Positions 39,078-49,765 of a DNA stretch of 64,000 nucleotides are shown here, in pieces. Source of the DNA: Candidatus Heimdallarchaeum aukensis (GTDB lineage: Archaea > Asgardarchaeota > Heimdallarchaeia > Heimdallarchaeales > Heimdallarchaeaceae); contig CP084166.1 of assembly GCA_021513695.1 (NCBI GenBank), positions 2,112,001-2,176,000 of the forward strand, in the 5' to 3' direction. The notes beneath the pieces were generated by a model. It ran no database searches. It was not told where the DNA came from and saw only the letters and a program-made list of their open reading frames with translations. Numbering within the stretch: position 1 is the stretch's first letter; each line of letters starts with the position of its first letter. Position numbers and translations under genes: made by a program.

Positions 39078-39944
39078 CTATTTTGTCTCAAAGTGTTTTT
39101 CCTTTTTTTGTATGTAGTAGTCATATACTTCTTTAGGTTGTTTCTTGGGATCGGCAGCTCCCCAAGAGTATAATTCGTTATCAGGTATATTTTTATCTTC
39201 AAACCATGTTCCTTTGTCTAATTCGTCTATAAGAGTTTTTATAATATTTACACTAGCGCTAGCACCAATCCTTGTTGCACCCGCATTTACTAGTAAAACT
39301 GCTTTTTGAGCATCTCGTATTCCACCAGCTGCTTTTATTCCAAGTTCATTTCCAACAGTCTGTTTCATCAAAGAAACATGGTCGTAATATGCTCCCATAG
39401 GCCCAAAACCAGTGCTTGTTTTTACATAATGAGCTCCTGCTTCCTTAGATATGTTACATGCTTTTACTATTTGTTCATCAGTAAGAAATCCTGTTTCTAA
39501 AATAACTTTTACTTTGGCGTCTCCTGCGGCAGAGACAACTTGTTGGATATCATTTTTCACGAAATCATATTCATTATCTCTAAAAAAGCCAACATTTAAA
39601 ACCATATCAATTTCTTCTGCTCCTAGTTTCACTGCATCTTTTGTTTCAAAAGCTTTAGTTTCTGTTGTGCAAGCTCCTAATGGGAATCCAACTACAGCGG
39701 CGATTTTGATTTCTGTATTTTTTAATAAGCTGTAAGCATATGAAACATAAGAACTATTAACACATACGGCTCCAAAATTGTATTTAATAGCTTCTTCACA
39801 CAGCTTTTTTATCTCTTCTTTTTTTGCAAAAGGCTTAAGATTTGTGTGATCAATAATCTTAGCCATCTCTTCTACAGTTATTTTTTGACTATACACAAAT
39901 AGTTCTAATGTTTTTACTAATAAAACTTTTTGGAAACTAAACAA
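39078..39944 (-). CDS. deoC: deoxyribose-phosphate aldolase
   Basis: 'AAVVGFPLGA', 'EIDMVLNVG' and the Schiff-base lysine context 'HYVKTSTGFG' are present. The real start may be the internal Met (MAKIIDHTN). It has a C-terminal extension of about 60 aa. Confidence 0.8.
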   Translation of the reverse strand: MFSFQKVLLVKTLELFVYSQKITVEEMAKIIDHTNLKPFAKKEEIKKLCEEAIKYNFGAVCVNSSYVSYAYSLLKNTEIKIAAVVGFPLGACTTETKAFETKDAVKLGAEEIDMVLNVGFFRDNEYDFVKNDIQQVVSAAGDAKVKVILETGFLTDEQIVKACNISKEAGAHYVKTSTGFGPMGAYYDHVSLMKQTVGNELGIKAAGGIRDAQKAVLLVNAGATRIGASASVNIIKTLIDELDKGTWFEDKNIPDNELYSWGAADPKKQPKEVYDYYIQKKEKHFETK

Positions 39945-39974
39945 ATAAATAATTTATTTTGGTATGTTATTCAT

Positions 39975-41210
39975 TTATTCATCAATTTTTGTTGTTTCTT
40001 CTTCGATTTGTTTTAAATCTTTACCGTATATTATAAAGAAAATTACTCCAAGTATTCCAAAGCCTGTTGCCACAAAGAAATTTGTTGCAGGGCTGATATT
40101 CCAGAAAATTGCTGCACTAAATGCTGCAATAGAAACTACAATGTCACGAATTAAATAATATGTGCCAAATGTACTAGCTTTTGCGTCTTCTGGCGCTAAA
40201 TCCATTATCAAAGCTTTTCTAGTTGGTTCTCCAAACTCTTTTAGTCCGCGGACAATAAATGCTATAACGAACATCCAAAAACTATGACTGAAGTATAAAA
40301 ACGTGGGAAAAAGAGTAAAAAAGACAAAAGTTGTCGCTACAAAAGGTTTCTTCCTTTGTGTTTTATCAGCAAAATAGGCTACGGGTATGTAAATCAATAA
40401 AGCTGTTATCATTTCGATTGCTGTTAAAAACCCAAATTGCAAACTTGTAATATCATTGTAATTCATTGCCCAGATAGCTAGAAAGGCATAAGGAATCTGT
40501 TCAGCAAAACGGATAAGAATATCTGATATTAACAATGTGCGAAGTTCTGGTCTAATGTTGTGTAATGTTTCTCTAAGACGTAAGGGTGCTTTGCTTTTTT
40601 TCGGTGGCTCTCTAATAAAAAAGATCTCTGCAATTGTAGCAATGATTGCTAAAAACAATGCTATGGTAAATGAAATTCGAACACCAAGAACAATTCCGTA
40701 ATAACCAATAATTGCTCCTCCAATGATAGGGCCTAAGGCCATCGGAATTCTACGAACTAATGAATGTAAACTAACTCCCATAGCTCTCCTGTTTTTACCT
40801 ACGACAGTGGAAACCAAATCCATTATTGCTGGTAGTGAAATAGCTGTCCACGATAAGAAAAAAACTGCTCCAAGAATCACAGCCCACCAAGTAGAGAGAA
40901 TAATAACAATGCTAAAACCAATCATTGCCATAATGTTAAACACGACTAGAGCTTTCTTGTAACCTATTTTATCACTTAAATATCCTCCTGGAAAAGAATA
41001 AAGAGCAGAAAGAAAATTATCTGTTCCATTAAGAGCACTAACAATAAAATTTGTTCCGCCTATAGCTAATAGATAAACGGGTAAAAATCTTTCTGCTAGT
41101 TTTTCGCCAAGACCAACGAAAATAACCATTAACATCATAGTAAGCATACTAGGTGTAAATAGTGACGAGATTGATTGCTTTGATTTATTTTCCATTTTAA
41201 TTGACGGCAA
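39975..41210 (-). CDS. major facilitator superfamily transporter
   Basis: It has about 12 hydrophobic segments with MFS-like loop motifs and is 411 aa. Confidence 0.75.
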   Translation of the reverse strand: MPSIKMENKSKQSISSLFTPSMLTMMLMVIFVGLGEKLAERFLPVYLLAIGGTNFIVSALNGTDNFLSALYSFPGGYLSDKIGYKKALVVFNIMAMIGFSIVIILSTWWAVILGAVFFLSWTAISLPAIMDLVSTVVGKNRRAMGVSLHSLVRRIPMALGPIIGGAIIGYYGIVLGVRISFTIALFLAIIATIAEIFFIREPPKKSKAPLRLRETLHNIRPELRTLLISDILIRFAEQIPYAFLAIWAMNYNDITSLQFGFLTAIEMITALLIYIPVAYFADKTQRKKPFVATTFVFFTLFPTFLYFSHSFWMFVIAFIVRGLKEFGEPTRKALIMDLAPEDAKASTFGTYYLIRDIVVSIAAFSAAIFWNISPATNFFVATGFGILGVIFFIIYGKDLKQIEEETTKIDE

Positions 41211-41420
41211 TTTATTGTCTTAATCTTTAAATTTTGTGTAAAAAATTCAACTGTAAGTATTAACAATTTTTAAACCTTATATTATTTTAATTTTTCAAAA
41301 AAAAATGAAAAATATTTCTTAATCAGAAAAAGACTTTTAAATATGTTAAAGTCCATGAACGTGATATTATATTAATTGAATAGAATATAGTCAACCATAA
41401 AATAATTGAGGTTATAATAA

Positions 41421-43520
41421 ATGTACAAAACGAAACAAATAGTAACTTTATCCATTCTTATCTTAGTAAGTGTTTCATTTTCATCGATTTTTGTTAACGG
41501 ACAAAGTGAGACACAAGTAGATATTAATAGCAATAGCATGAACACCGCGCCCACTTTCATTACCAGTGATATACTTGCAAATATCACTGACGATTCAGTA
41601 TTCGGGCTTAATGCGACCGTAAAAGTAAACAGATCAGTATTTTTTGGCTATTATGGCATTGTATCCATTAATGACAGTATTGAGTTTAACTTGTATGGAA
41701 ACGATTCTGTTGTATACTTTAACTATACTATTGCTAATATTAACGCAAATAACCTCACCTATTGTGGCTTTAAAATAGCTAATTATTCCATTGATATGTT
41801 ACAGTACAGAAATGCTACAAGAAACTATGTTTATGAGAAAGGGCTAAATTATACAACCTTTAGAGTACCTTTCCTTTCTAATTATTCAAGTATTTCTGGA
41901 AACAACACTTTCTTCATCAATGCTTATCTTGAATTTGCGTATCCCTTTGAATACACAATTGAAAGCGGAGAGCAAGTTCTTCACTATAAAGAGCTTCTTT
42001 ATCCTCTTATCAATAATGTTCCTATTATAAATGGTTCAACAACAGTAAAGAAACAATCTGGTGAAGCTCAAGAAGGAATAGGTGAAAAATTCCTAGACGA
42101 TGATGATCATGTTATTACTCCACAAGAGTATATGGTATCCAACGCCAGTAGTGGAATACTAAAGTGGGAAAATTTCACAAGAGAGGCTTTTAACTATTCA
42201 CAGACTATCGACGATGATCTTATTATGAATATTTGGACAATTTCTATCAGTGGTACTCCATCAGAAGCTCAACAGGTTTCTTCTGCTACTGTGTTGTTTA
42301 AATCTGTTGAATCAAAAAGAAAGTTTGAAATTAATCCCTACGGAACAGTTAAAATTACTGAAACTCATTATATCCAATACTTAGGCCCAGATCATCCTGA
42401 AGGTCAACCAATTACCTTGTTTAAATCATACAAATTAAATTCTTTCCAGTTAACACTTGAACCTAATGCTACTGTCAAATCTCTAACAGACCAACTTGGA
42501 CATTTAAATGTAAAATTCCAGTTAGACAATGGTATTTATTCACCAGGTACATATAATTTAGCTGATAGTGGTCTTTATCCTGGATATAAAGTTTTGACTG
42601 TTCATCCCCGGTATCCTCTTAAACATGGAGAAATAATAGATTGTACAATCGTTTATACTGTTCCTCTTGAACAATTTATGCTTAAAGAAAAGGATAGTAA
42701 TCGCTATAGTATTAAATTATCTCCTTTGTCCATATATAATTGGACAGTAGACAAGTTGACACTTGATGTAGTACTTCCACGAGGAGCTGTGTATAAACAA
42801 TCAAATTATTCCACTGGAGATCCATATCAAGATTTACAAATAAGTTATAGTAAACAATTTAAACTTTGGAAACTAGGCTTTGATAGAATCTTAACTTATT
42901 CTGGAACTAATCTCTCTCCAGCTGATAATAAACTCTTCTACATTGATATTACTTATATAAGAGCAAATGTTTTTATTAGTTATATCCTAATAGTCATCCT
43001 TCTAAGTGCAGTTGTAGGCTTAGCATCATTATTCAATTGGTTCTCAAAGAAAGTAAGAAAAATTGAAGGTTTTGAAGTAGAAAAAGAATTTATTCCTGTT
43101 GACGAAATCCGGTTGTTTGTAAAACTATACGAAGAAGTTCTTGGTATTAAAGATCGAATCAGGCAAACAAAAGAAAAAGTAGCAAAGAAAAAGATGACTG
43201 TTAAAGAAGGTAAACAGTTGATCAATGATTTAAGTATTCGCTTACGACAAACAGAAGAGAAATTAAAAGATGCAAAGACTAATCTAGCAAAACATGGTGG
43301 AAAGTATAAACACGCCGTTCAAGAAATCGAAATAAGTGAGCGTAAACTTCTTGAAGAAAGAAGAAACCAACGAACTCTACAACAAGAATATAAGAAAAAG
43401 AAAACTCTAACCAAAGAAGCTTATAGACGTCTTTTCAGAGAAAGACAAAAGAACATCGAAAAACTAACTAACGAAATTAATGGAAGACTTGTCAACCTTA
43501 GGTTGTTAATTGAAGACTAA
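41421..43520 (+). CDS. large surface glycoprotein candidate with a single C-proximal TM helix and a basic coiled-coil cytoplasmic tail
   Basis: It has a signal peptide 'LSILILVSVSFSSIFVNG' and very many N-x-S/T sequons. The TM segment is 'VFISYILIVILLSAVVGLASLF', followed by about 150 aa of K/R/E-rich heptad-like sequence. Confidence 0.5.
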   Translation: MYKTKQIVTLSILILVSVSFSSIFVNGQSETQVDINSNSMNTAPTFITSDILANITDDSVFGLNATVKVNRSVFFGYYGIVSINDSIEFNLYGNDSVVYFNYTIANINANNLTYCGFKIANYSIDMLQYRNATRNYVYEKGLNYTTFRVPFLSNYSSISGNNTFFINAYLEFAYPFEYTIESGEQVLHYKELLYPLINNVPIINGSTTVKKQSGEAQEGIGEKFLDDDDHVITPQEYMVSNASSGILKWENFTREAFNYSQTIDDDLIMNIWTISISGTPSEAQQVSSATVLFKSVESKRKFEINPYGTVKITETHYIQYLGPDHPEGQPITLFKSYKLNSFQLTLEPNATVKSLTDQLGHLNVKFQLDNGIYSPGTYNLADSGLYPGYKVLTVHPRYPLKHGEIIDCTIVYTVPLEQFMLKEKDSNRYSIKLSPLSIYNWTVDKLTLDVVLPRGAVYKQSNYSTGDPYQDLQISYSKQFKLWKLGFDRILTYSGTNLSPADNKLFYIDITYIRANVFISYILIVILLSAVVGLASLFNWFSKKVRKIEGFEVEKEFIPVDEIRLFVKLYEEVLGIKDRIRQTKEKVAKKKMTVKEGKQLINDLSIRLRQTEEKLKDAKTNLAKHGGKYKHAVQEIEISERKLLEERRNQRTLQQEYKKKKTLTKEAYRRLFRERQKNIEKLTNEINGRLVNLRLLIED

Positions 43521-43638
43521 TTTTCTTATCATTTTTTTATTTTTCCCTTTTTCTATAACCTATTAGCGCATTTTTCGTTTTACATTTCTCATTTTTTCTT
43601 AGATGAAAAAAGATTAATTTGGCTAATTTAATCTAAAA

Positions 43639-44418
43639 ATGATGTCAAATTTATCAGAAACTGAGAGAAAAAAATATGTAAGACAAATAATTATGGATAA
43701 CATTGGGATTGAAGGGCAAGAGAAATTAAAAGAATCTAAAGTTTTAGTTGTAGGTTCAGGAGGATTAGGTTCAAGCGTACTTTATTATTTGGCAAGTTGT
43801 GGAGTTGGGACATTAGGAATCATAGATAAAGATATTGTAGAATATTCGAACTTAAATAGACAGATTATTCATTTTGAGGATGACGTGGGAAAATCAAAAA
43901 CTCAATCTGCAGAGGAGAAACTATCGTTACTCAACAAGAATCTGGTAATTAAGACATATCAATTTGAATTGAATTCCCTTAATGCTGAAACAATTATTGC
44001 AGAATACGATTTCGTTGTCGAAGCAAGTGATAATTTTGAAACAAAATTTTTAGTAAACGACACATGCTTAAAACTAGGTAAAGCTTTTACCATTGCAGGT
44101 GTAATGAAATTTGAGGGACAAATAATGACTATTATTCCTAACTCTTCAGCATGTTATAGGTGTGTGTTTAGTGAAATACCTGAACCTGGTACTTATCCCA
44201 CTAGCTGTGAATTGGGTATTCTGGGAACTGTTGCTGGTTTTTTTGGAATTATTGAAGCCAATGAAGCAATTAAATATATACTGTTTAATGGAAGCGATTT
44301 AATCAATGACAAATTGCTGGTAAACAAAATTCTCTATGTTGATCTAGAATCAAATCTATTCGACATTATCACTATTCAAAAAAATGAGGAATGTAGTGCT
44401 TGTTCTACAGCTAAGTAA
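43639..44418 (+). CDS. ThiF/MoeB/HesA-family E1-like adenylyltransferase
   Basis: It has the Rossmann 'VLVVGSGGLGSSVLYYLASCGVG', an 'NLNRQ' motif, and the zinc motifs 'CYRC...C..C'. Confidence 0.8.
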   Translation: MMSNLSETERKKYVRQIIMDNIGIEGQEKLKESKVLVVGSGGLGSSVLYYLASCGVGTLGIIDKDIVEYSNLNRQIIHFEDDVGKSKTQSAEEKLSLLNKNLVIKTYQFELNSLNAETIIAEYDFVVEASDNFETKFLVNDTCLKLGKAFTIAGVMKFEGQIMTIIPNSSACYRCVFSEIPEPGTYPTSCELGILGTVAGFFGIIEANEAIKYILFNGSDLINDKLLVNKILYVDLESNLFDIITIQKNEECSACSTAK

Positions 44419-44483
44419 AGAAAATTATGTTATTTTTTTTATTGCAAGTACCTATAACTTACTGTTTTATACGTTTAAAAAGA

Positions 44484-44900
44484 CTAGAATATGGGTTCTT
44501 CATGTAACTCATTTTCTATTTCTTCTTCTAATTTAAGCCAGTTTAACTCAATAAATTTGTCTAATGCTTGTTCCATTTCTTTTAATGTATCTAACAACAT
44601 TTTTTTTGCTTTATTCTCTGAAACACCAGAATAAGTATATTTGATTCCTCCCTTTTCTAGCTTTTTAGCTGTTTTTTTAATTAGCCCTTTTTCTATTAGA
44701 TCGTTAGTTAACCTGAGTGCTGTTGTCCTATCTCTATTGATAAAAGCTGCAATTTCTAGTATATCTCGAGGTTTTTTTAAGGAATAGAAATAGATTCTAA
44801 CTTGAATTGGTTTCATTCCAAATAAGCATTCAAAAATATCACATCGTTTTCCTTCTTTTACTACTTGTGGAAGCTTAGTGAAGCATTTATTTGCTGGCAA
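44484..44900 (-). CDS. putative winged-helix transcriptional regulator
   Basis: A central HTH-like stretch 'RDILEIAAFINRDRTTALRLTNDLIEKGLI' is present. Support is weak. Confidence 0.35.
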   Translation of the reverse strand: MPANKCFTKLPQVVKEGKRCDIFECLFGMKPIQVRIYFYSLKKPRDILEIAAFINRDRTTALRLTNDLIEKGLIKKTAKKLEKGGIKYTYSGVSENKAKKMLLDTLKEMEQALDKFIELNWLKLEEEIENELHEEPIF

Positions 44901-45090
44901 TAAATCACCGAATGTGTGTCATATTTCCACATAATAAATGTTGTGTTCTTTCTAATAGGGCATTTTGGAGTTTTTTATGATTAAAAAATAAAAGATTGAT
45001 GGACATTAATGTTAAACTTATTGGCTTACGTTTCAAAAATAGCAAAATCCATTTATAGGCAAACAAGTTTACTCATCAAGGGTAAAAAAA

Positions 45091-45531
45091 ATGTTTCAAC
45101 CACCTGGAATGGGCATAGATCCAAATAAATTTGTATCTCAGATGATTCTCCAAGCGTTACAAGCGTTTTATAATCAAGATTATGAAACTGGAGTTCATTT
45201 TATAAATCAAATTAGAGCAAATTTACCTCGTTTTATGTACAAACTGAATCCTAGTCTTAGGACTTTATGTAAAGATATTGTTAAACTTGTTCAAGGAGGA
45301 AGCTTAGTTAGGCAACATGCGCTAGGTGAAGAGCAAACAGAGCCACAGGTCTCAGTTGAGAGTGGAACGACTATGCCACCACCAGATTTAACTAAACCAG
45401 GAGAGAATGTACCAACAGATTTTATCACTGAATTAAGCTCTGCAGTTAAATCACAACAAGAAAAGAAGAAAAAGAAAGTTGTAGAGGAATTAAAAGGTTC
45501 AATATCTGATTTAGAGGATTTTGATTTTTAA
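45091..45531 (+). CDS. hypothetical protein
   Basis: This 146-aa ORF has an acidic C-terminus and no recognisable motif. Confidence 0.3.
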   Translation: MFQPPGMGIDPNKFVSQMILQALQAFYNQDYETGVHFINQIRANLPRFMYKLNPSLRTLCKDIVKLVQGGSLVRQHALGEEQTEPQVSVESGTTMPPPDLTKPGENVPTDFITELSSAVKSQQEKKKKKVVEELKGSISDLEDFDF

Positions 45532-45546
45532 GTAATCAGAAATTGA

Positions 45547-45924
45547 TTATCTAGAAAAATAATGATCTTCCAAGATAACTAAATATTGTTCAATCTTTGT
45601 AATGCACGCGTTAATTTGTTTTGTAAGTGGAATATTAAGATTTTTACTTAATACTTTTTTAAAAATTAATTTGTAATAGGTTAACTGAAAAACAAGTTGA
45701 ACAATTCGAGCATAATTAACAACTGGAGATATAAAATTAACTTGTGTCATGATTTCTCTTTCTTCGTCCTCTGATAAATCAAAGTCAATTTCTAATACGA
45801 ATAATTGCTCAAAAATATATCGAGACTCTTTTAATAATTCAATTAATTCTTCTGCTTTATCTGACAGTTCAGGGACATCGTTTCTAATGTCATTAGCATT
45901 GTATGTTAAATTATCAACTTGCAT
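45547..45924 (-). CDS. hypothetical protein
   Basis: This 125-aa ORF has no recognisable motif. Confidence 0.3.
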   Translation of the reverse strand: MQVDNLTYNANDIRNDVPELSDKAEELIELLKESRYIFEQLFVLEIDFDLSEDEEREIMTQVNFISPVVNYARIVQLVFQLTYYKLIFKKVLSKNLNIPLTKQINACITKIEQYLVILEDHYFSR

Positions 45925-46053
45925 TCGATTAACACTGATTTAACTTTTTACAATTGAACAATGAAAACTTATTTTTAAATATATTTGCTCCCAAAACATT
46001 GCTTACTAATATGTAGTCAAAATGTTTAAGACAAGAAACTTTCTTTAAAACTT

Positions 46054-46623
46054 ATGACAGAAAACAACTTTTTTGTACATCCATCTGCATTTGTAGAGGA
46101 TGGAGCAGAAATTGGGGAAGGTACAAAAATTTGGCATCAGGCCCAAATACGGACTAAAGCTAAATTAGGCAAAAACTGTATAATTGGTAAGGCCTCTTTT
46201 ATTGACTTCGAAGTGAAACTAGGTAATAATGTTAAAGTTCAGAATTTTGTGAGTGTTTACCATGGCGTGGAAGTCGAAGATGACGTTTTTATAGGACCTC
46301 ATGCTTGTTTTACGAACGATATGTTTCCACGTTCTATAAATCCTGATTGGGAGTTAGTGCGTACATATGTGAAAAAAGGAGCATCTATTGGTGCTAATTC
46401 AACTATTGTATGCGGAACAACTTTAAATGAATATTGTATGATCGGTGCAGGAAGCGTTGTGACAAAGGATGTTCCAGCTTTTGCCTTAGTATACGGGAAC
46501 CCTGCAAAGTTGAGAGGGTATGTATGTTATTGTGGTTCAATATTAAAAAAGACAAATGAGCCTCTACCACAAGGTACAAAATTAAACTGTGATAAATGTG
46601 GAAAGGAAGTTATTATCAAATAA
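46054..46623 (+). CDS. hexapeptide-repeat (left-handed beta-helix) acyltransferase with C-terminal zinc ribbon
   Basis: Isoleucine-patch repeats are present ('[13 protein letters not shown]', '[11 protein letters not shown]', '[13 protein letters not shown]'), followed by 'CYCG...CDKCG'. Confidence 0.7.
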   Translation: MTENNFFVHPSAFVEDGAEIGEGTKIWHQAQIRTKAKLGKNCIIGKASFIDFEVKLGNNVKVQNFVSVYHGVEVEDDVFIGPHACFTNDMFPRSINPDWELVRTYVKKGASIGANSTIVCGTTLNEYCMIGAGSVVTKDVPAFALVYGNPAKLRGYVCYCGSILKKTNEPLPQGTKLNCDKCGKEVIIK

Positions 46624-46788
46624 ACTAATCTATTTATTTAATAAAATATGTTGTTTTTATTTTCTCATTTTTTAAAACTAATTTATCTAATTACTAACGT
46701 TATACCAAAGTTTTTATTATGTGTTGTACATAATAAATTACTTTAATTCTTCCGACATAAAGGAGGTCACTGCATAGGAGAGAAAAAA

Positions 46789-47004
46789 ATGAATCTTATT
46801 TCGATCAGATTACCAGATAGTTTCTTGAATACAATTGATGAAATGGTTTTGAATGGCAAATATGCAAGTCGAAGTGAAGCAATACGCTTAGCTTTGCGAG
46901 ATTATTACCGAATGCATTTTGCTTCTAAATCAAATACTAACGATATTAGTCTACCTGATATTGATTTTGAAAGATTAAGTTCTAAAATTATTTTTGAAGA
47001 GTAA
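46789..47004 (+). CDS. ribbon-helix-helix (CopG-like) DNA-binding protein
   Basis: 'ISIRLPDSFLNTIDEMV...RSEAIRLALRDYY' is paralogous to the ORF at 22305-22526. Confidence 0.55.
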   Translation: MNLISIRLPDSFLNTIDEMVLNGKYASRSEAIRLALRDYYRMHFASKSNTNDISLPDIDFERLSSKIIFEE

Positions 47005-47095
47005 TCTTCTTTTTTTCTTTTTTGAATTGACTATTTCAGAATTTTCAATAATCAAATGGTTTAAAAAAACAATTAAAAAGGTACTTTGAACTGAA

Positions 47096-47758
47096 ATGGA
47101 ATCAACTCAAAGGAAAACAAGTAATACGGACAACACTACTGAGAAGCCGTTGAAAAGAATAGCTGGACACCTACTTTTTTCTTATGACAGTTTTCTTGAA
47201 TTACCCAATAGGTATCTTTTAGTAAACGCAATTTTGATAGCCTTCATCTCATCAATGTTGGTATTAGCCAATATTTTAGTTTTAATCAGTAAATTTGAGC
47301 TCACGGGTACAATAGGTCAAGGATGGATTGATTTTAAGAATAACTTAATTTTATCAGCTCTTCTTACTCCTGGTTCTTTGCTGTTATGGGCTCTATTGAT
47401 GCATTCGATGTTAAGTTTTATGGGCGGAAAAGGTAATTTTTTACGTTCTCTTGCCATATATTGTATTGCTCAAATTCCAGTAATCATAGGAGATCTAATT
47501 CTTTTAATAGTTGCTTTTACTCAACCAACTATAATTGCTGATGGGAGTTTGGATCCTGGTAGCTTTACTGAGTTAACGGGACAATTCTTCAATACACACT
47601 CTTTCGCTTCGCTGATCGTAACACCTTTCACAATTCTTTATTCTAATCTTATTGCTGGTATAGGAATGAGTGCAGATCATGAAGCACCAGAGTTATTAGG
47701 TTGGATTTCTGGTGGGATTATTGCTCTATTTTCGATATTACTAAGGATTTTCGTTTAA
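47096..47758 (+). CDS. hypothetical polytopic membrane protein (Yip1-like topology possible)
   Basis: It has about five hydrophobic segments after a hydrophilic N-terminus and is 220 aa. Confidence 0.45.
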   Translation: MESTQRKTSNTDNTTEKPLKRIAGHLLFSYDSFLELPNRYLLVNAILIAFISSMLVLANILVLISKFELTGTIGQGWIDFKNNLILSALLTPGSLLLWALLMHSMLSFMGGKGNFLRSLAIYCIAQIPVIIGDLILLIVAFTQPTIIADGSLDPGSFTELTGQFFNTHSFASLIVTPFTILYSNLIAGIGMSADHEAPELLGWISGGIIALFSILLRIFV

Positions 47759-47775
47759 GTTTAAAGAAAGAAAAA

Positions 47776-48972
47776 TTAATTCTTTTTTTTCTGTTCTTGT
47801 AATATTTCTTGAACCTTTTTCTTCAAAATTTCAGCTTTATCAGTAATTTCCCAAGTAAATTCAGGTTCTTCTCTCCCAAAATGCCCATAAACTGATGTTT
47901 TCTTATAAATCGGTCTTCGTAAGTTGAGTTGTTCGGAGATAATTCCTGGACGAAAATCGAAAATCTCATCAACAGCTTGCCGAATAATCTCAACGGGATA
48001 TCTCTCTGTCTTAAAACATTCAATATTTAGGGCCAAAGGAGCTGGCTCACCGATAGCATAGGAAACTTGCACTTCACATTTTTTGGCCAATCTTGCTGCC
48101 ACAATATTTTTTGCAACATAACGAGTATAATAGGATGCTGATCTGTCGACCTTTGATGGGTCTTTACCACTAAATGCTCCACCCCCGTGACTGTCTACTC
48201 CCCCATAGGTGTCGACAATGATTTTTCTACCAGTTAATCCAGAATCTCCATGCGGTCCTCCAATTACAAATCTCCCTGTTCTATTGATATAAATCTTAGT
48301 TTCATCATCTATTAATTCAGATGGAATTACCTTATCAATCACTTCTCTTCTAATTCCCTCTTCAATTTCTTCAATGGTGACATCTTCTGTGTGTTGTGCC
48401 GCAATAACAATTGCGTGAACACGTATGGGTTTGTCTTCTTCATATTCGACTGTAACTAATGATTTGCCGTCTGGACGTAGAAAAGGTAGTATTCCTTTTT
48501 TTCTTACTTCACTTAGTTTTCTTGTTAGTTTATGAGCTAATACGATTGGTAAAGGCATATATTCTGGTGTCTCATCACAAGCATATCCATACATGATTCC
48601 TTGGTCGCCTGCTCCTTGTCTTTCTTTTTCTGGCTTTGAGACACCTTGATCGATATCTGGTGATTGTGCATGGAGAGCATTGATAACTGCACAACCTCTA
48701 TAATCAAAACCGATTGATGAATCGTCATATCCTATTTCTTTTATTGTTTCTCTAACAACTTTATGGATTTCTTCATTTGATAATGGAACTTTAGTTTTAA
48801 TTTCTCCACCCACAAGTACCAATCCTGTTGTTACAAATACTTCACAAGCAACGTGAGCCTCTGGGTCTTTTTCTATAATATAATCTAAGATAGAATCGGA
48901 AATTTGGTCACATATTTTATCAGGATGTCCTTCTGTTACACTTTCGGAAGAGATAAATTTACGGCAATTCAT
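47776..48972 (-). CDS. metK: S-adenosylmethionine synthetase, MetK (bacterial/eukaryotic) type
   Basis: '[25 protein letters not shown]' and '[18 protein letters not shown]' are near-identical in pattern to E. coli MetK. The Gly-rich 'GGGAFSGKD' loop is also present. Confidence 0.9.
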   Translation of the reverse strand: MNCRKFISSESVTEGHPDKICDQISDSILDYIIEKDPEAHVACEVFVTTGLVLVGGEIKTKVPLSNEEIHKVVRETIKEIGYDDSSIGFDYRGCAVINALHAQSPDIDQGVSKPEKERQGAGDQGIMYGYACDETPEYMPLPIVLAHKLTRKLSEVRKKGILPFLRPDGKSLVTVEYEEDKPIRVHAIVIAAQHTEDVTIEEIEEGIRREVIDKVIPSELIDDETKIYINRTGRFVIGGPHGDSGLTGRKIIVDTYGGVDSHGGGAFSGKDPSKVDRSASYYTRYVAKNIVAARLAKKCEVQVSYAIGEPAPLALNIECFKTERYPVEIIRQAVDEIFDFRPGIISEQLNLRRPIYKKTSVYGHFGREEPEFTWEITDKAEILKKKVQEILQEQKKKN

Positions 48973-49027
48973 TAAAAAAGAACTTAAAAGGACTTCTTTA
49001 AATTTTATGGTTCTACGTTTTTTATTT

Positions 49028-49576
49028 TTATAGTTTTTTTCTTTTATTCATATGATAAAGTTTCAAAATGTCTGTATATGTCTGAGCTTTAAACCTCTTT
49101 CTATCCAAAGAGAATAAAGATATCGTTTTTTCTATATCTTCTGGTATTCCCTCAATTTCAATAACAAAACCTATCTTCCTAAAACTATCAATTGTTATTA
49201 AACAGTTGTTATATCTTAGGTATTTTCTTTCCTTTTTCACTTCTCTTATTTTTTTATATCCTATTTTTTCAAAAATTGAATTCAAAATAATTCCATTGTC
49301 TATTTGTGTCTCCAACTCTTCTCTTACTTTGTATCCTTGTGTCGTGTCGACCTTTCCTTTATATGTCAGATAATATTTTTCACCTTGTTTTCTTATCCTT
49401 AGTTCACAGTTTCTTTTCTTTAATTCTCTTTTTTTATCTAAGAAAGTATCAACAATTTGCTCACTGAAAAATTGTTTATTGATTTTTTTTTCAATATTTT
49501 TTTGTATGTTCTCTACAATTTTTTCTTCTTCAGGAAAAAAATATGCTTTTAGTTCTGTTTCATTCATAAATATCAA
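49028..49576 (-). CDS. CYTH-domain (triphosphate tunnel metalloenzyme; CyaB/ThTPase-like) protein
   Basis: The N-terminal 'ETELKAY' (ExExK) signature and the size (182 aa) fit the CYTH family. Confidence 0.6.
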   Translation of the reverse strand: MIFMNETELKAYFFPEEEKIVENIQKNIEKKINKQFFSEQIVDTFLDKKRELKKRNCELRIRKQGEKYYLTYKGKVDTTQGYKVREELETQIDNGIILNSIFEKIGYKKIREVKKERKYLRYNNCLITIDSFRKIGFVIEIEGIPEDIEKTISLFSLDRKRFKAQTYTDILKLYHMNKRKKL

Positions 49577-49765
49577 AATTTATTTTAGTTATATCAACTT
49601 AATTTTTTGTACATTTTTTGAACACTACTCTTAAACCAGTTAAGGTGAACAAAAAGAACTATTCATTGAGCTAAAAGAGAAGGTTGAGTATTACCCAAGT
49701 GAAGAAACTGGATGAACATTGTTTTTAGGAAATTTTATTAATGCTGCTCACAATGTTTTATTGTT

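Noticed and set aside
41372-41587. 71-aa minus-strand ORF overlapping the start of the 699-aa surface protein gene
   Set aside because: It overlaps the signal-peptide-encoding 5' end of a long, well-formed ORF and is likely an AT-rich chance ORF.
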